From an uncultured Planctomycetales bacterium (lineage in GTDB: Bacteria > Planctomycetota > Planctomycetia > Pirellulales > S012-138), in contig CALBRZ010000043.1 in assembly GCA_937927735.1 (NCBI GenBank), forward strand, positions 6,614 through 70,613: a stretch of DNA of 64,000 nucleotides, read 5' to 3'. Below the pieces are notes generated by a model. That model worked only from the letters and a program-made list of their open reading frames with translations. It was not told the DNA's origin and searched no databases. Both the position numbers and the translations under genes were made by a program. The first letter of the stretch is position 1. Each line of letters opens with the position of its first letter. Positions 1 through 10,381 of this stretch are shown one piece after another.

Positions 1-103
1 AAGTGGCGAGCGGCTGCCCTGGTTGCTCTACTGTCTGGTTGTCAAAAAACAGGCGACGGTGTCGGTCGCGTTCCAAGGTGCCCAGAGAATAGCCCACCAC
101 CAT
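1..103 (-). CDS. Partial ORF at the left edge (N-terminus of an unidentified protein). Strand and frame are ambiguous.
   Basis: The minus strand is open from an ATG (revcomp of cat at 101-103) to the window edge: MVVGYSLGTLERDRHRRLFFDNQTVEQPGQPLAT... My hand-counted GC3 is about 22 of 34 codons. Plus frame 2 (2..160) is also open with similar GC3 but uses rare AGA/ATA codons. Plus frame 1 gives a lipobox-like ...LLSGC but has low GC3 and only about 20 residues after the Cys. No homology recognised. Confidence 0.2.
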   Translation of the reverse strand, partial: MVVGYSLGTLERDRHRRLFFDNQTVEQPGQPLAT

Positions 104-245
104 AAAGCAGCATCTAAGATCGAGTCTAGCTTGGCGGACGATTTGATTCCAGCGTCTTGACGGGCTCGCTGGATGTGAGATTGCCCCCAAAAAACGCCGC
201 CTGCCCCGTATCACCTGGAGAGCACCGGCGCTGGATCTCGTGGAG

Positions 246-318
<73 letters not shown>

Positions 319-490
319 AAGAAAGCGGCGATTGCCGCAACTTATGATAGCGGCCGGGCAGCGCAGCCGACAAGATGGACGCCCCCCTAGCCAGGCTTCT
401 TCAAGGCTGATGACACGTGCACGCAGCCTGCGGCCGAGCCTCCCCAAAAGCCAAATGCTGGGAGCCCGGCAACTAGCCGTTCAAGCCCGC

Positions 491-1117
491 TCAGAACGGT
501 GCGGCCCCCGGTTTGACCTCGCCCTGGGCGTAGCGTCGCAGAACCTCGGGGTACAGTTCACACTCGGCCTCAAACACTCGGGCGGCCAGGCTTTCGGGCG
601 TGTCGCCGGGCTGCACCGGTACCTGCCGCTGGGCGATGATCGGCCCGTGGTCGTACTCGTTATCCACAAAGTGCACCGTGCAACCGCTGACCGCTTCGCC
701 GGCGGCCAACACGGCCTCGTGGACGCGGCGACCGTAGTAGCCATGCCCACAGTAGGCCGGAATCAGCGACGGATGGATGTTCACCACGCGGTTCTCGAAG
801 TCGGCCGGCACCACCAGCTTCTTGAGGAAGCCGCCGCACACAACCAGGTGTGGGTTCGCCTGCCGGCACAGTTCGAACAGCCGGGCACTGGCAGCCGCGT
901 CATCGGCATACGACCGCCATGGCACCACGGCGGTCGACAAGCCGGCCTCGGCGGCGATCTCCAGCCCAAAGGCCTTGGATGTGCTGGAGATCACCAACTC
1001 GATGGACGCATCAAGCTGGCGGTCGCGAATCTTGGCAATCAGGTTGCGCAGCGTCGTACCGCCTCCGGAGATGAGGACGACGATACGCAACGGCGATAGC
1101 GGGGACGAGTCAGGCAA
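491..1117 (-). CDS. purN: Phosphoribosylglycinamide formyltransferase
   Basis: 208 aa. N-terminal RIVVLISGGGTTLRNL, NIHPSLIPAYCG and SGCTVHFVD motifs are typical of PurN. Confidence 0.9.
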   Translation of the reverse strand: MPDSSPLSPLRIVVLISGGGTTLRNLIAKIRDRQLDASIELVISSTSKAFGLEIAAEAGLSTAVVPWRSYADDAAASARLFELCRQANPHLVVCGGFLKKLVVPADFENRVVNIHPSLIPAYCGHGYYGRRVHEAVLAAGEAVSGCTVHFVDNEYDHGPIIAQRQVPVQPGDTPESLAARVFEAECELYPEVLRRYAQGEVKPGAAPF

Positions 1118-1204
1118 CGGATGCTAGCCCAAGTTGTTGGGTGGGGAGGATCAATTCATGCTGATCGCTGCGGCGCAAAGCCATTTGCGGCACGACGTGC
1201 GGCG

Positions 1205-4200
1205 TTACTCGGCCAGCCGCCGCACGTAGGCTTTGAACCGGGCTTCGCCGGCCTTGCCATCGCCGGGTTCGACACCGGCCAGCGGTTCCAGCACCAACTG
1301 CCGGGCGAGCGTTTCGCTGGCAATGTAGTCACGGAACTTCTCGACGGCCGAGACCACGCTGGCATCATCAGTTTCGATGCCAACCTCGATCCGGTCCGAT
1401 AGCTGGCAGCCGATCGTCTTGCGACGATCCTGGATGATGCGGACCACGTCGCGGGCAATGCCTTCGTGGATCAGGTCGTCGTTCAGTTCAGTGTTGAGCA
1501 CCACCACCGAGGTTTTACCCTGGGCAGCGGCCCAACCTTCCTTGGCCTGAAGCCGGACCTGGATATCTTCGGCGTCGAGCTCCACCGGCTCGCCGTTCAA
1601 CTCAAGCGTGACTTTGCCCTGCTCGTTGAGCTGCTGGAGCAGGTCGGCCGGGTTGGCTTCGGTGAGCAGCTTGCGGAGGGCGGGCAGTTGTTTGCCCAAC
1701 CGCGGACCAAGCCGGGGCAGGTTCGGCAGCACCGTGTAGTTGATGTACTTCTCGGCCTGCTGCGTGAACTCCACCTGCTTGACGTTCAGCTCCTCGCGGA
1801 TCAGCGCGGCGTGCTCTTCCAGCCAGGCTTGATGCCGGGTGTCGGCCAGCACCACTTCCACCTTCGACAGCGGCTGGCGAACCTTGAGCTTGGCTTCCAT
1901 GCGGGCGGCCCGGCCCAGCGATGCGATCTCGCGCAGCTGCTCCATTCGTTGCGACAGTTCCTCGTCGATCAGGCTGACATCGCCGGTCGGATAGTCGCAC
2001 AGGTGGACGCTTTCAACCGCCCGATCGCCAAAGGGCGCGACGGCGAGGTTCTGCCACAGAGCCTCGGCCAAAAACGGCGTGAACGGCGCGATCAGCTTGG
2101 CCGTAGTGATCAGGCACTCGTACAGCGTCCAGTAAGCATCGTGCTTGTCGGCCGTAAAGCCCGAGGCCCAGAACCGGTCACGGCTGCGGCGGACGTACCA
2201 GTTGGAAAGCACGTCGACAAACTTCTGGATGGCGCCGGCGGCCACAAAGTTGTCGTAGGCGTCCAGCCGCTCGACCACGGTACGGCAGGTAGACGCCAGC
2301 TCGCTCAGAATCCAGCGATCCAACTCGCTGCGGTCGCCCGGATCGGTGTACGTGGCCGCCGACGAAAGCTGCGCGGAGTTGAGCTGATCGACCTTACCTT
2401 TGATCTCGGCGGCCGGATTCCAGTTATCGTCGCTGGTGGCGTAGCCGACCAGGAAGTTGTACACGTTCCACAGCCGTAGCAGGAACTCGGGGATACTGTC
2501 CTTAATCGCCTGCTCGCTGTAGCGGATCGAGGTCCAGGGCGGCTGGTTGGCAAAGAAGTACCACCGCAGCGCATCGGCGCCGTAGCGGTCGAAGATTTCG
2601 TTGGGCTCGCGGTAGTTCCGCTTGCTCTTGGACATCTTCTGGCCGTCTTCGCCCAGCATCAGCCCCAGCACGATGCAGTTGCGGTACGGGTGCGGGTAAG
2701 GATGCACCGTGGGCTTAACCGCGGCCGTGGTAGCCTCCTTGGCCGCTTGCTCGACCTCGTGCTGCCGGGCTGCATCGTTGGCTTCCTTGCCGAACAGCAG
2801 CGTGCTGATCGCCAGTTGGCTGTAGAACCAGCCGCGGGTCTGGTCGATGGCCTCGCTGATGAAGTCGGCCGGGAACTGGTCGGCGAACTGCTCGGCACCG
2901 CGGTGCGGGTAGCCCCACTGGGCAAACGGCATCGCGCCGCTGTCGTACCAGCAGTCGATCACTTCGCTCACGCGGCGCATCCGTGCCCCTTCCGCGAACG
3001 GCGAGTCGAACGTGATCGCGTCGATGTACGGCTTGTGAACCTTGAGGTCGTCGGGCAGGTCGGGATTCTTGCGCTTGGCCTCTTCCCAGACCTCGGTACC
3101 GGTGCAGCCGGGCTTGGAAAGCAGCTCCTCATAGCTGCCGATGGCCACCATCTGGCCGGTCTTTTCGCACACCCAAATCGGCAGCGGCGTACCCCAATAG
3201 CGCTCGCGGCTGAGCGCCCAGTCGACGTTGGTCGCCAGGAAGTTGCCGAACCGGCCGTCGCGGATGTGCTCAGGCAGCCAGTTGATCTTGGCGTTGTTCG
3301 CCAGCATCGCCTCTTTGAACTGCGATGTGCGAATGAACCAACTCTTGCGCGGATACTGGATCAGCGGATCGTTTTCCGCCCGCCAGCAGAACGGGTACTG
3401 GTGGATGTACTGCTCCTGGTGATACAGCAGGCCGCGCTGCTTGAGGTCGCGGGCGATGTCCTTGTCGCAGTCCTTCACCCAGCGGCCGCGGCAATAGTCG
3501 GGGCCTTCGTCGGTGAAGCGGCCATCGGGCGCGACCGCACAGATCAGATCGGGCCCCTGGCCGGGCTCGAAGCGAGCCTGCTCGGCCAAGAGCAGGTCGT
3601 AGTCCACTTCGCCGAACGCCGGGGCTTCGTGCACCACGCCGGTACCGCTGTCGGTGGTGACAAAGTCGGCGGCCGTCACGCGCCAGGCAACATGCTGCTC
3701 GCCGCCATCGGCCAGCTTGCCGACGACGTTGCCGAGCGTCTTGTAATAGCCGTCAAACGGCGGCAGGTAACGGCGGCCCACCAGATCGGTGCCGCGGCAG
3801 GTGCTTTCCACCGTCAGATCGCGTTTGACCTTGCCGGCGATGGTTTCGACCAGCTCCTTGGCGATGATCAGCTTGCGGCCCAATTCGGCGTCGCGGACTA
3901 CCGCGTATTCCAGCTCGGGATGGACGGCCGCAAATTGATTGCTGGGCAGCGTCCAGGGCGTGGTGGTCCAAACCAGCAGATCGGTATCGGTTTCGTTGCC
4001 GGCCTCGTCCAACAGCGGGAAGCGGACATACACGCTGGGATCGGCCACTTCGCGGTAGCCCTGGCCAACTTCGCCGGAGGACAACGCCGTACCGCCCTGG
4101 GCCCACCACCACACAATCTTGTGGCCCTGGTAGAGCAGGCCGCGATCGAACAGTACCTTGAGCGACCACCAGACACTTTCGACGTAACTCTGGTGATAGG

Positions 4201-4648
4201 TGACGTAGGCTTCGTCGAGGTGCAGCCAGAAGCCGATGCGGCGGGTCAGTTCGCGCCACTCGCGCATGTAGCGCCACACGCTCTCCTGGCAACGGTGGAT
4301 GAACGGCTCCACGCCATAGGCTTCGATCTCTTCCTTGGAGTGGATGCCCAGGTCTTTGCAGACTTCCACCTCGACTGGCAGGCCGTGCGTATCCCAGCCG
4401 GCCTTACGCTCGCAGCGGTAGCCCCGCATGGTGCGATAGCGCGGGAAGAGGTCCTTGATGGCTCGGGTCAGGCAGTGGCCGGGGTGCGGCAGCCCGTTGG
4501 CCGTGGGCGGACCTTCGTAAAAGACAAACTTCGGCCTGCCTTCCCGTTGTGCCAGCGACTTCTCGTAGATTCGCTTCTCTTCCCACAGGTCGAGGATCTG
4601 CAGTTCCAGCGTGGGAAAGTGGACGTTGCTATCGACGGGGCGAAACAT
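1205..4648 (-). CDS. ileS: Isoleucine--tRNA ligase (long, type-2-like form)
   Basis: Class I aaRS signatures: [12 protein letters not shown] (HIGH-type) and KMSKSKRN (KMSKS). Full-length similarity pattern to IleRS. Start set at [12 protein letters not shown] (cat at 4646-4648), which resembles IleRS N-termini. The longest ORF extends to 4717. Confidence 0.92.
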   Translation of the reverse strand: MFRPVDSNVHFPTLELQILDLWEEKRIYEKSLAQREGRPKFVFYEGPPTANGLPHPGHCLTRAIKDLFPRYRTMRGYRCERKAGWDTHGLPVEVEVCKDLGIHSKEEIEAYGVEPFIHRCQESVWRYMREWRELTRRIGFWLHLDEAYVTYHQSYVESVWWSLKVLFDRGLLYQGHKIVWWWAQGGTALSSGEVGQGYREVADPSVYVRFPLLDEAGNETDTDLLVWTTTPWTLPSNQFAAVHPELEYAVVRDAELGRKLIIAKELVETIAGKVKRDLTVESTCRGTDLVGRRYLPPFDGYYKTLGNVVGKLADGGEQHVAWRVTAADFVTTDSGTGVVHEAPAFGEVDYDLLLAEQARFEPGQGPDLICAVAPDGRFTDEGPDYCRGRWVKDCDKDIARDLKQRGLLYHQEQYIHQYPFCWRAENDPLIQYPRKSWFIRTSQFKEAMLANNAKINWLPEHIRDGRFGNFLATNVDWALSRERYWGTPLPIWVCEKTGQMVAIGSYEELLSKPGCTGTEVWEEAKRKNPDLPDDLKVHKPYIDAITFDSPFAEGARMRRVSEVIDCWYDSGAMPFAQWGYPHRGAEQFADQFPADFISEAIDQTRGWFYSQLAISTLLFGKEANDAARQHEVEQAAKEATTAAVKPTVHPYPHPYRNCIVLGLMLGEDGQKMSKSKRNYREPNEIFDRYGADALRWYFFANQPPWTSIRYSEQAIKDSIPEFLLRLWNVYNFLVGYATSDDNWNPAAEIKGKVDQLNSAQLSSAATYTDPGDRSELDRWILSELASTCRTVVERLDAYDNFVAAGAIQKFVDVLSNWYVRRSRDRFWASGFTADKHDAYWTLYECLITTAKLIAPFTPFLAEALWQNLAVAPFGDRAVESVHLCDYPTGDVSLIDEELSQRMEQLREIASLGRAARMEAKLKVRQPLSKVEVVLADTRHQAWLEEHAALIREELNVKQVEFTQQAEKYINYTVLPNLPRLGPRLGKQLPALRKLLTEANPADLLQQLNEQGKVTLELNGEPVELDAEDIQVRLQAKEGWAAAQGKTSVVVLNTELNDDLIHEGIARDVVRIIQDRRKTIGCQLSDRIEVGIETDDASVVSAVEKFRDYIASETLARQLVLEPLAGVEPGDGKAGEARFKAYVRRLAE

Positions 4649-4869
4649 GCGAGGCAGGGAGCTTGCGAAGGATGTTTTTGGTAACGACAGCCCAGGCCGG
4701 CTGACCACGGCAAACACCTCGACCGGGGGGTGCCACCGTGCCGGTTGTCATTCCTGCGGCGTTCGCTGTTCGGGCCGGCCACAAACCAAACCAGAAATAG
4801 AACACGCTAGCCGCGGCTTTGCAATGGTGGCCGGCCATGCTGCCGCGAGCAAAACGCCGTCCGGCTTAC

Positions 4870-5203
4870 CTAATCATTCTTTTCGCGGCGGAGCGGGGCC
4901 AGCAGGCGGGGTGCACGTTCGTCGAAAGTCGCCAGCCGTTCGATGTGGCCGTCGCAAAATACGGCCAAGAAGACATCGTTCGCCCGCAGCCCACCAAGCC
5001 CCCGGCGGCACCTGGTCGGGGCTGGGCACCGGCAAATCGTCGGGCCAGGTCCAAACCACGGCGCGATCGGCGTCGGCCTCGACAACCAGCACGGCAGAGC
5101 CGGTATTAATCGTTCGTTCAAGAGTGTTGAGGGGGGGCGGGATGCGCTGCTCGTACACGGTAGCCAACATGGTGACGACGGCGATTGCACGTGTCCAACG
5201 CAT
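4870..5203 (-). pseudogene. Small secreted/membrane-anchored protein gene with an apparent frameshift at a G5 (plus-strand C5) run
   Basis: AAGGGGG SD-like sequence lies 6 nt upstream of the ATG at 5203. The N-terminal frame (MRWTRAIAVVTMLATVYEQ...PDQVPPG) has high GC3. After the C5 run at 4999-5003 the high-GC3, protein-like reading moves to another frame (...GLGGLRANDVFLAVFCDGHIERLATFDERAPRLLAPLRREKND, stop at 4870). Hand count is about 30/43 versus 19/42 GC3. Confidence 0.35.
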
Positions 5204-5422
5204 GATGGTCCCCCTTCTTTTGCGACCTATGCCCTGACTGCCCCGCGTCCCGGCAGCGCGCACAGCTAACCGAGATAGCCATCCGCGAGTCAGAATCGCC
5301 GTGCCCAGAAAGTGAGAGGGAGAACCAACGGCGTCGATGGTGATCAGCCCCCAGGGTCCGAAGCCCTCAAGATCCCGCGCTAAGCACCGAAACGCGTGCC
5401 TTCCAAGAGCGTGCCCGTCAAC

Positions 5423-5458
5423 AAAAAACGGCGGCCGAGCTCGATGCCCAGCCGCCGC
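5423..5458 (-). terminator. Rho-independent terminator candidate downstream of the 5490..6902 gene
   Basis: On the minus strand, CGGCGGC...GCCGCCG stem (7 bp plus wobble extension) followed directly by TTTTTT (plus-strand A-run 5423-5428). Confidence 0.5.
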
Positions 5459-5489
5459 TATTCAGTTCGACTGACCCGTATTATGGCAA

Positions 5490-6902
5490 CTAGTACGCCG
5501 TGGCGTTGCTCGTGGCAGCCGCTGGCGGACGCCGCGTGCGGAAGCCACCACCAGGCGTCGATGGCGGGTTGATGAACCGCTTGTCGCGGGTGTTGTCCTG
5601 GAACTCGGCCGGGTTGGAGTTCACGCCGTACTCGACGAACCGGCTGTTAGGCACATAGCCCACGTGGTCGAGGAACTTCTCCAGGCCCACCACCGGGATA
5701 CCCATCTTCGCAGCCTGGGCACGCAACGCCGAGTACTCTTCCTGATGGCCGCGAGGCGGCTCACCCACCACCAGGTAACGAGTCCGAGCGGTCAGTTCAC
5801 CGTTGAGCTTGCCGTCGGTGCCCAGCCAGGCGTCGATCACGCCATTGTTCATGCGAACCAAATCGCGGACCACGTCTTCATCGGGCTGGCCATCCTTGTT
5901 GATGTCCATCACGCCGGCGAAGGCAAAGTGCTCGGTCCGGCCGGCATGCCAGATCGGCGTGTAAATCAGATCGCCGGGCAGCAGCGGGTTGGCCAGGTTG
6001 TCTTCCAGAATCCGGGCCTCAGCCAGGTGCTCGCCAAGAATCCGGACAACCTCGATAGCGCCCTTGCTGTCGCCCTGCGCCACGCCGTTACCGTCGGAAG
6101 CGAACACGCTGAACTTCACCAGCGGCTTGAGCTGGTCGGCCGAACCGCGATTGATCCACACCGTACGATTCCGCTGATTGACGTAGCGGATCTCGCCGTC
6201 GGGGATTTCGGGATTGGGGTTGGTCAACTGGCTGACCTCTTCCTTGGTCTCCCGCACGTCGCCTTCCAGCTTGTTGATACGCTTCTGGTATTCCTGGGTG
6301 CTCTCGGCCAGCTTGCGATTGAGCTCTTCAAGCTCGGTCTGCTTCTCGGCGATCTGCCGGACCAGTTCTTCCTTCTGGCTGACGAGCTGCCGCTCGGTTT
6401 CCTGGAAACCGCTGGCCGTGCTGACAAAGTCGCTGGCCTTCTTGTCGAACTCGCCCTTCACCTGGCCCAGACGCTGCTGGTTGGCAGCTTCCAGGGCGTC
6501 GAGCCGGGCTTGCAGATTCGCCAGCTTCTCGCGCTCGGCCACCACGTTCTGGTGATGCTGAATGATCGCCGCCTGCTGCATTTCGAGGGCGTGGCGGTAG
6601 AACTGCTTATCCTGGGCATAGGTGCTGGCGTACTTCTTCATGTCGTCAGCAAAGGTCTGCTTCAGGGCGTCGAGCGTCATTTCGGGATCGACGCCGATCA
6701 TCGTCTTCAGTTCGCGGATCTCGTCCACTGCGGTGCGGGCAGCCGCCGCATCGCGCCGAGCCGCCGCCTCAGCAGCCGCCACCGTCTGCTGGCCTTTGGA
6801 GTACTCGTTGAAGAAGTAAAACGTCGAGATACTCAGTAAGATCGTCAGAAACGCAAAGATGATGACTGCGATCTGAAGACCTTGGCTTTCGCTCTTGGCC
6901 AT
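5490..6902 (-). CDS. Hypothetical membrane-anchored coiled-coil protein with a BRCT-like C-terminal module
   Basis: 470 aa. N-terminal TM helix (LQIAVIIFAFLTILLSISTFYFF), about 200 aa of heptad-like E/K/Q/L-rich sequence, then a globular C-terminal region. The segment FAFAGVMD...RYLVVGEPPRG...AAKMGIPVVGLEKFLDHV resembles the ligase-type BRCT pattern by eye only. Confidence 0.7.
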   Translation of the reverse strand: MAKSESQGLQIAVIIFAFLTILLSISTFYFFNEYSKGQQTVAAAEAAARRDAAAARTAVDEIRELKTMIGVDPEMTLDALKQTFADDMKKYASTYAQDKQFYRHALEMQQAAIIQHHQNVVAEREKLANLQARLDALEAANQQRLGQVKGEFDKKASDFVSTASGFQETERQLVSQKEELVRQIAEKQTELEELNRKLAESTQEYQKRINKLEGDVRETKEEVSQLTNPNPEIPDGEIRYVNQRNRTVWINRGSADQLKPLVKFSVFASDGNGVAQGDSKGAIEVVRILGEHLAEARILEDNLANPLLPGDLIYTPIWHAGRTEHFAFAGVMDINKDGQPDEDVVRDLVRMNNGVIDAWLGTDGKLNGELTARTRYLVVGEPPRGHQEEYSALRAQAAKMGIPVVGLEKFLDHVGYVPNSRFVEYGVNSNPAEFQDNTRDKRFINPPSTPGGGFRTRRPPAAATSNATAY

Positions 6903-7596
6903 AACTCGATACCTCTGTGACGACAGCTACTGTTCCGGTGAGGCGGGACGGTTCCGCGTTGCAAGCCAGACGTGAGATAGACGGGGCCTGGTGGGCTGGA
7001 AACCAAAGACGAGACGATGCCGTTTGGCTCCGGCCAAGAAGCATCGCTAGAGTTTGAGTCTAAACGTGGGCCAGTAGGGTGTCAACGAAATTGATTGTTA
7101 CGTAGCGGTTTCCGTCTACAACCTAACCTGCTTAGACAATCCGCTTTTGCGGAGTTTGAGGATCATTCCGCGGCCCAGTCGCCATGGGCCGAGCACGCTG
7201 TCTTCATGCCGCCGCCGGTCCCTCACATCGAGGGGACTCTTTCGCGGTGTTCTGTATCGTCGAGTCGCGGAGTGGCGAAACACGCCGAGGGCCAGCCCAC
7301 CGGGGGCGACAATATGGCGTAGACGAAGAATAGACTCCGCTGTCTGCCCTGCTCTTTTTCGTGAACACCCGCACAGGCTAGCAAGCTGCGCTGCCCAAAA
7401 GGTTTACACCCACTATCGTAGCCCGTATGCTTGGGGGAGGTGGTCATGAACGAATCGCGGTACGCGCACCTGCGGCACATACGTTCGCCGAATGGGCAGC
7501 GACCCCTCGTCCGCAGGCTGGGGCATCTTCCACCAAGTCTGGCGGCCAATACGGCATCTGGGGCTACCGGCCGTGGCGTTGGCACCAACCACCACC

Positions 7597-10179
7597 ATGC
7601 ACACCCCGCCGAAGGCCACGCCTTCGGGCGGTGGAAGCACCGCCCCAGCGCCCAAGTCTTCTGGTCAGCCGAGCCGGGCTCGCGGCCAACGCAACCGCCA
7701 TCCTCTGGTGTGGCTCCTGGCGGCCGTAGCCGGCGGCATCATCCTGGACACCTGGCTGGCACTCTCCTGGGGCTTGTGGACCGCCGCGGCGATTCTTCTG
7801 ACCGCAATTTGGTTCACGCTGTGGCGTCTTCGGCATGATCGATTAGCCGCCTGGGCGCTTCTGTCCGTGGCTGCCGCCTGGGCGGGCGGATGGAACCAAC
7901 TGCATTGGCACCTGTTCCCTGCCGATGACCTCTCCCACTTCCTGACCGAAGACGATCAGCCCGCGGCGCTACGCGCGGTGGCTCGGCACGCGCCGCGGCA
8001 CCTACCGGCCCAGGGCTTCAACCCGCTGCGAGCCATCCCCAGTGGCGAACGCAGCCGTCTGGAAGTGGAAGTTGTGGCGCTGCGCGAGGGCCAAACGTGG
8101 CGAACCGCCAGCGGGCTGGGCGTGCTCAGCGTGGATGGGCATCTCTCCGGCATCCAGGCCGGCGACGAACTGGAAGTCTACTGCCGGGTTCGACGTACCA
8201 TCGCCCCCGGCAACCCCGGCGAAATGGACTTTGCCGCACACGCCCGGGCCGATCGCATCACCTTCTCACTGCAATGCAAGTATCCCGAATGCGTGCAGGT
8301 GATCGCCCAGGGCTCACCGTGGCAGTTCCAGCGGCTGTTCGACTGGATGCAGGCGTACGGCGATGCGCAGCTTTGGAGCCGGATTGGTGCGAACCACTCG
8401 GCCCTGGCCGACGCCCTGCTGCTGGGCGCCCGCGAGCAAATGGACTTCAACCGCACGGAAGCCTTTTTTCGCACGAACACGATCCATTTCCTCGCGATCT
8501 CGGGTCTGCATGTCGGTATCCTTGGCGGCAGCTTGCTGTATCTGCTGCGGTGGGGCCTGCTGCGCCGACGGCTGGCTTTGGCTCTAGTTGCCGCCGCAGC
8601 CGTGCTCTACGCCACGATGACGGGTGCCGATCCCTCGGCCATGCGGGCAGCCAGCCTAGTGGTGTTACTTTGCTTGGCGCTGCTGCTAGAGCGGCCGACG
8701 CTGGCGTTCAACTGCCTGGCGGCCGCAGCACTGTACATCGTGTGGCGTACCCCGGCTGACCTTTTTCGTGCGGGGCCGCAGCTGTCGTTTCTAGCCGTTG
8801 GCACGTTGATTTGGTTCGGCCCGCAATGGCTGCGTTGGCAGGAGCAGGATGCCTTGGATCGCCTGGCCGCCGCGCAGCGTCCGCGCCATTTGAAAGCGAT
8901 GGTCTGGCTCGGTTCGTGGGGGGTACGCGGAACGCTGGTCACAGCCGCAGTCTGGGCCGTGACGTTGCCGCTGATCATGCTGCGTTTTCACCTGGTGTCG
9001 CCGGTCGCCATCCTGCTCAGTCCGCTGCTGACGCTGCCCATCGCCGTGGCCCTGCTGAGCGGTTTCGCCTTATTGCTGCTGGGCTGGCTCTGGAGCCCGC
9101 TGGAAAGTTTGCTGGGGATGCTTTGCCACGGCAGCCTGTGGGTGATCGATACCATGGTCGCCTGGGGAAGCCGGCTGCCGGGCAGTTATTGGTGGGTAGC
9201 CGGTCCACCGGCGTGGCTGGTCTTGCTGTTTTACGTGGGGTTATTGGCCTGGGCAGTTGCACCGCGGTTTGCCGGTAAACGTCGGCTAGGAATTGGACTG
9301 GTAACGCTCTGGATGTTGGTTTGGCTGGCGCCTACGCTGCTGCCGGCCCGCTCGGCCTGGCGGCTGGAGTGCACATTTCTCTCGATGGGGCATGGCTGCG
9401 CCGTGGTGTTGCATCTGCCCGACGGCCGCACCGTGCTGTACGACGCCGGGCGGCTTGCTTCGCCGGCCGGAGCAGCTCGCAGCGTATCCTCGTACCTGTG
9501 GTGGCGAGGGTTAACGCGGATCGATGCCGTGGTGATTTCCCATGCCGACGTCGACCACTACAACGCCCTGCCGCAATTGCTCGAGCAATTCGATGTCGGG
9601 GCCGTGTATGTTTCGCCGGTGATGTGGATGCAAACCGATGCCCCCAGCAACAAACCAGTCGCCGATGATTCGGCAGCCCGCCGTGTCTTACGACGTGCCA
9701 TCGAAGATGCCGGCGTGCCCTTGATCGAAGCTTGGGACGAGAACGACTCACTACCCAGCAGCGACAACGTCCGGCTCGACTTCATTCATCCTGGCCGCAG
9801 AGGCGTGATCGGCAGCGACAACGCCAACAGCCTGGTGCTGCTGGTCGAGTACCAAGGCCGGCGCATCCTGCTTACCGGCGACGTAGAAGGGGTCGGCCTG
9901 GCCACATTGCTCGCCCGAAAACCGATCGACTGCGATGTGGTCCTCGTCCCCCACCATGGCAGCCGCCGCAGCGATCCGCCGGGCTTTGCCGCGTGGTCGC
10001 AGCCTGAATGGGTCGTCATCAGCGGCGGCTTCGACCGCAACGACACCCAGGTACTTGACGCCTACCAGGACCACGGTGCCCGGGTGCTACATACCGCTTA
10101 CGACGGGGCCGTGACGGTCCGCATCGAGAGCGGCGAGGTGCACATCGATTGCTTCCGGCAGCGCGAGCCGGGGGAATAG
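7597..10179 (+). CDS. comEC: DNA internalization-related competence protein ComEC/Rec2 (with metallo-beta-lactamase domain)
   Basis: Multi-TM competence domain with FLAISGLHVGIL. C-terminal MBL motifs FLSMGHGCAVVL, ISHADVDHYNAL and LVPHHGS. Start uncertain: ATG at 7597 is preferred, and the longest ORF starts at 7492. Confidence 0.85.
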   Translation: MHTPPKATPSGGGSTAPAPKSSGQPSRARGQRNRHPLVWLLAAVAGGIILDTWLALSWGLWTAAAILLTAIWFTLWRLRHDRLAAWALLSVAAAWAGGWNQLHWHLFPADDLSHFLTEDDQPAALRAVARHAPRHLPAQGFNPLRAIPSGERSRLEVEVVALREGQTWRTASGLGVLSVDGHLSGIQAGDELEVYCRVRRTIAPGNPGEMDFAAHARADRITFSLQCKYPECVQVIAQGSPWQFQRLFDWMQAYGDAQLWSRIGANHSALADALLLGAREQMDFNRTEAFFRTNTIHFLAISGLHVGILGGSLLYLLRWGLLRRRLALALVAAAAVLYATMTGADPSAMRAASLVVLLCLALLLERPTLAFNCLAAAALYIVWRTPADLFRAGPQLSFLAVGTLIWFGPQWLRWQEQDALDRLAAAQRPRHLKAMVWLGSWGVRGTLVTAAVWAVTLPLIMLRFHLVSPVAILLSPLLTLPIAVALLSGFALLLLGWLWSPLESLLGMLCHGSLWVIDTMVAWGSRLPGSYWWVAGPPAWLVLLFYVGLLAWAVAPRFAGKRRLGIGLVTLWMLVWLAPTLLPARSAWRLECTFLSMGHGCAVVLHLPDGRTVLYDAGRLASPAGAARSVSSYLWWRGLTRIDAVVISHADVDHYNALPQLLEQFDVGAVYVSPVMWMQTDAPSNKPVADDSAARRVLRRAIEDAGVPLIEAWDENDSLPSSDNVRLDFIHPGRRGVIGSDNANSLVLLVEYQGRRILLTGDVEGVGLATLLARKPIDCDVVLVPHHGSRRSDPPGFAAWSQPEWVVISGGFDRNDTQVLDAYQDHGARVLHTAYDGAVTVRIESGEVHIDCFRQREPGE

Positions 10180-10381
10180 CTCCCCCACTTTTGCCGGACA
10201 TTTACCTGCATTGCCGTTTGGCAGAGCGTGGCGTTTATATGTCGCGCGACTTATATTGGGAGCCTGATCGGCGGCGGGGGCTGTCTGTGCACACGGGGCC
10301 AGCTATTGCCGCATCTTCAGGGCAATGCGCCGTCGCCAATGACACACAAGTAAAGTCCGTGGGGCAACCAGGAGCGCTACC

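Noticed and set aside
1-105. Lipoprotein-like reading in plus frame 1 (…AAALVALLSGC QKTGDG…).
   Set aside because: Only about 20 residues follow the lipobox Cys. My hand-counted GC3 is low (about 14 of 34). Ala/Leu-rich pseudo-signal peptides arise easily in GC-rich DNA. Left unresolved, with the alternative frames recorded in the first feature.
2690-4684. A 664-aa ORF antisense to ileS. Similar long antisense or out-of-frame ORFs are 332..1099, 5664..6839, 10394..11341, 22892..24505, 27336..28607, 34235..35293, 37813..39264, 45163..46749, 48955..50046, 55333..56343, 57729..59387 and 59360..61543.
   Set aside because: Their translations are Arg/Gly/Ala/Pro/His-rich with no motifs. Each lies opposite or out of frame to a gene with unambiguous family signatures. 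This is the classic high-GC open-frame artefact.
4870-5000. Resemblance of the C-terminal …FLAVFCDGHIERL to the H-X9-DG tail of planctomycetal DUF1559 / pseudopilin-like proteins.
   Set aside because: The His at the required distance is absent, the spacing differs, and there is no prepilin-type N-terminus. Too weak to use for annotation.
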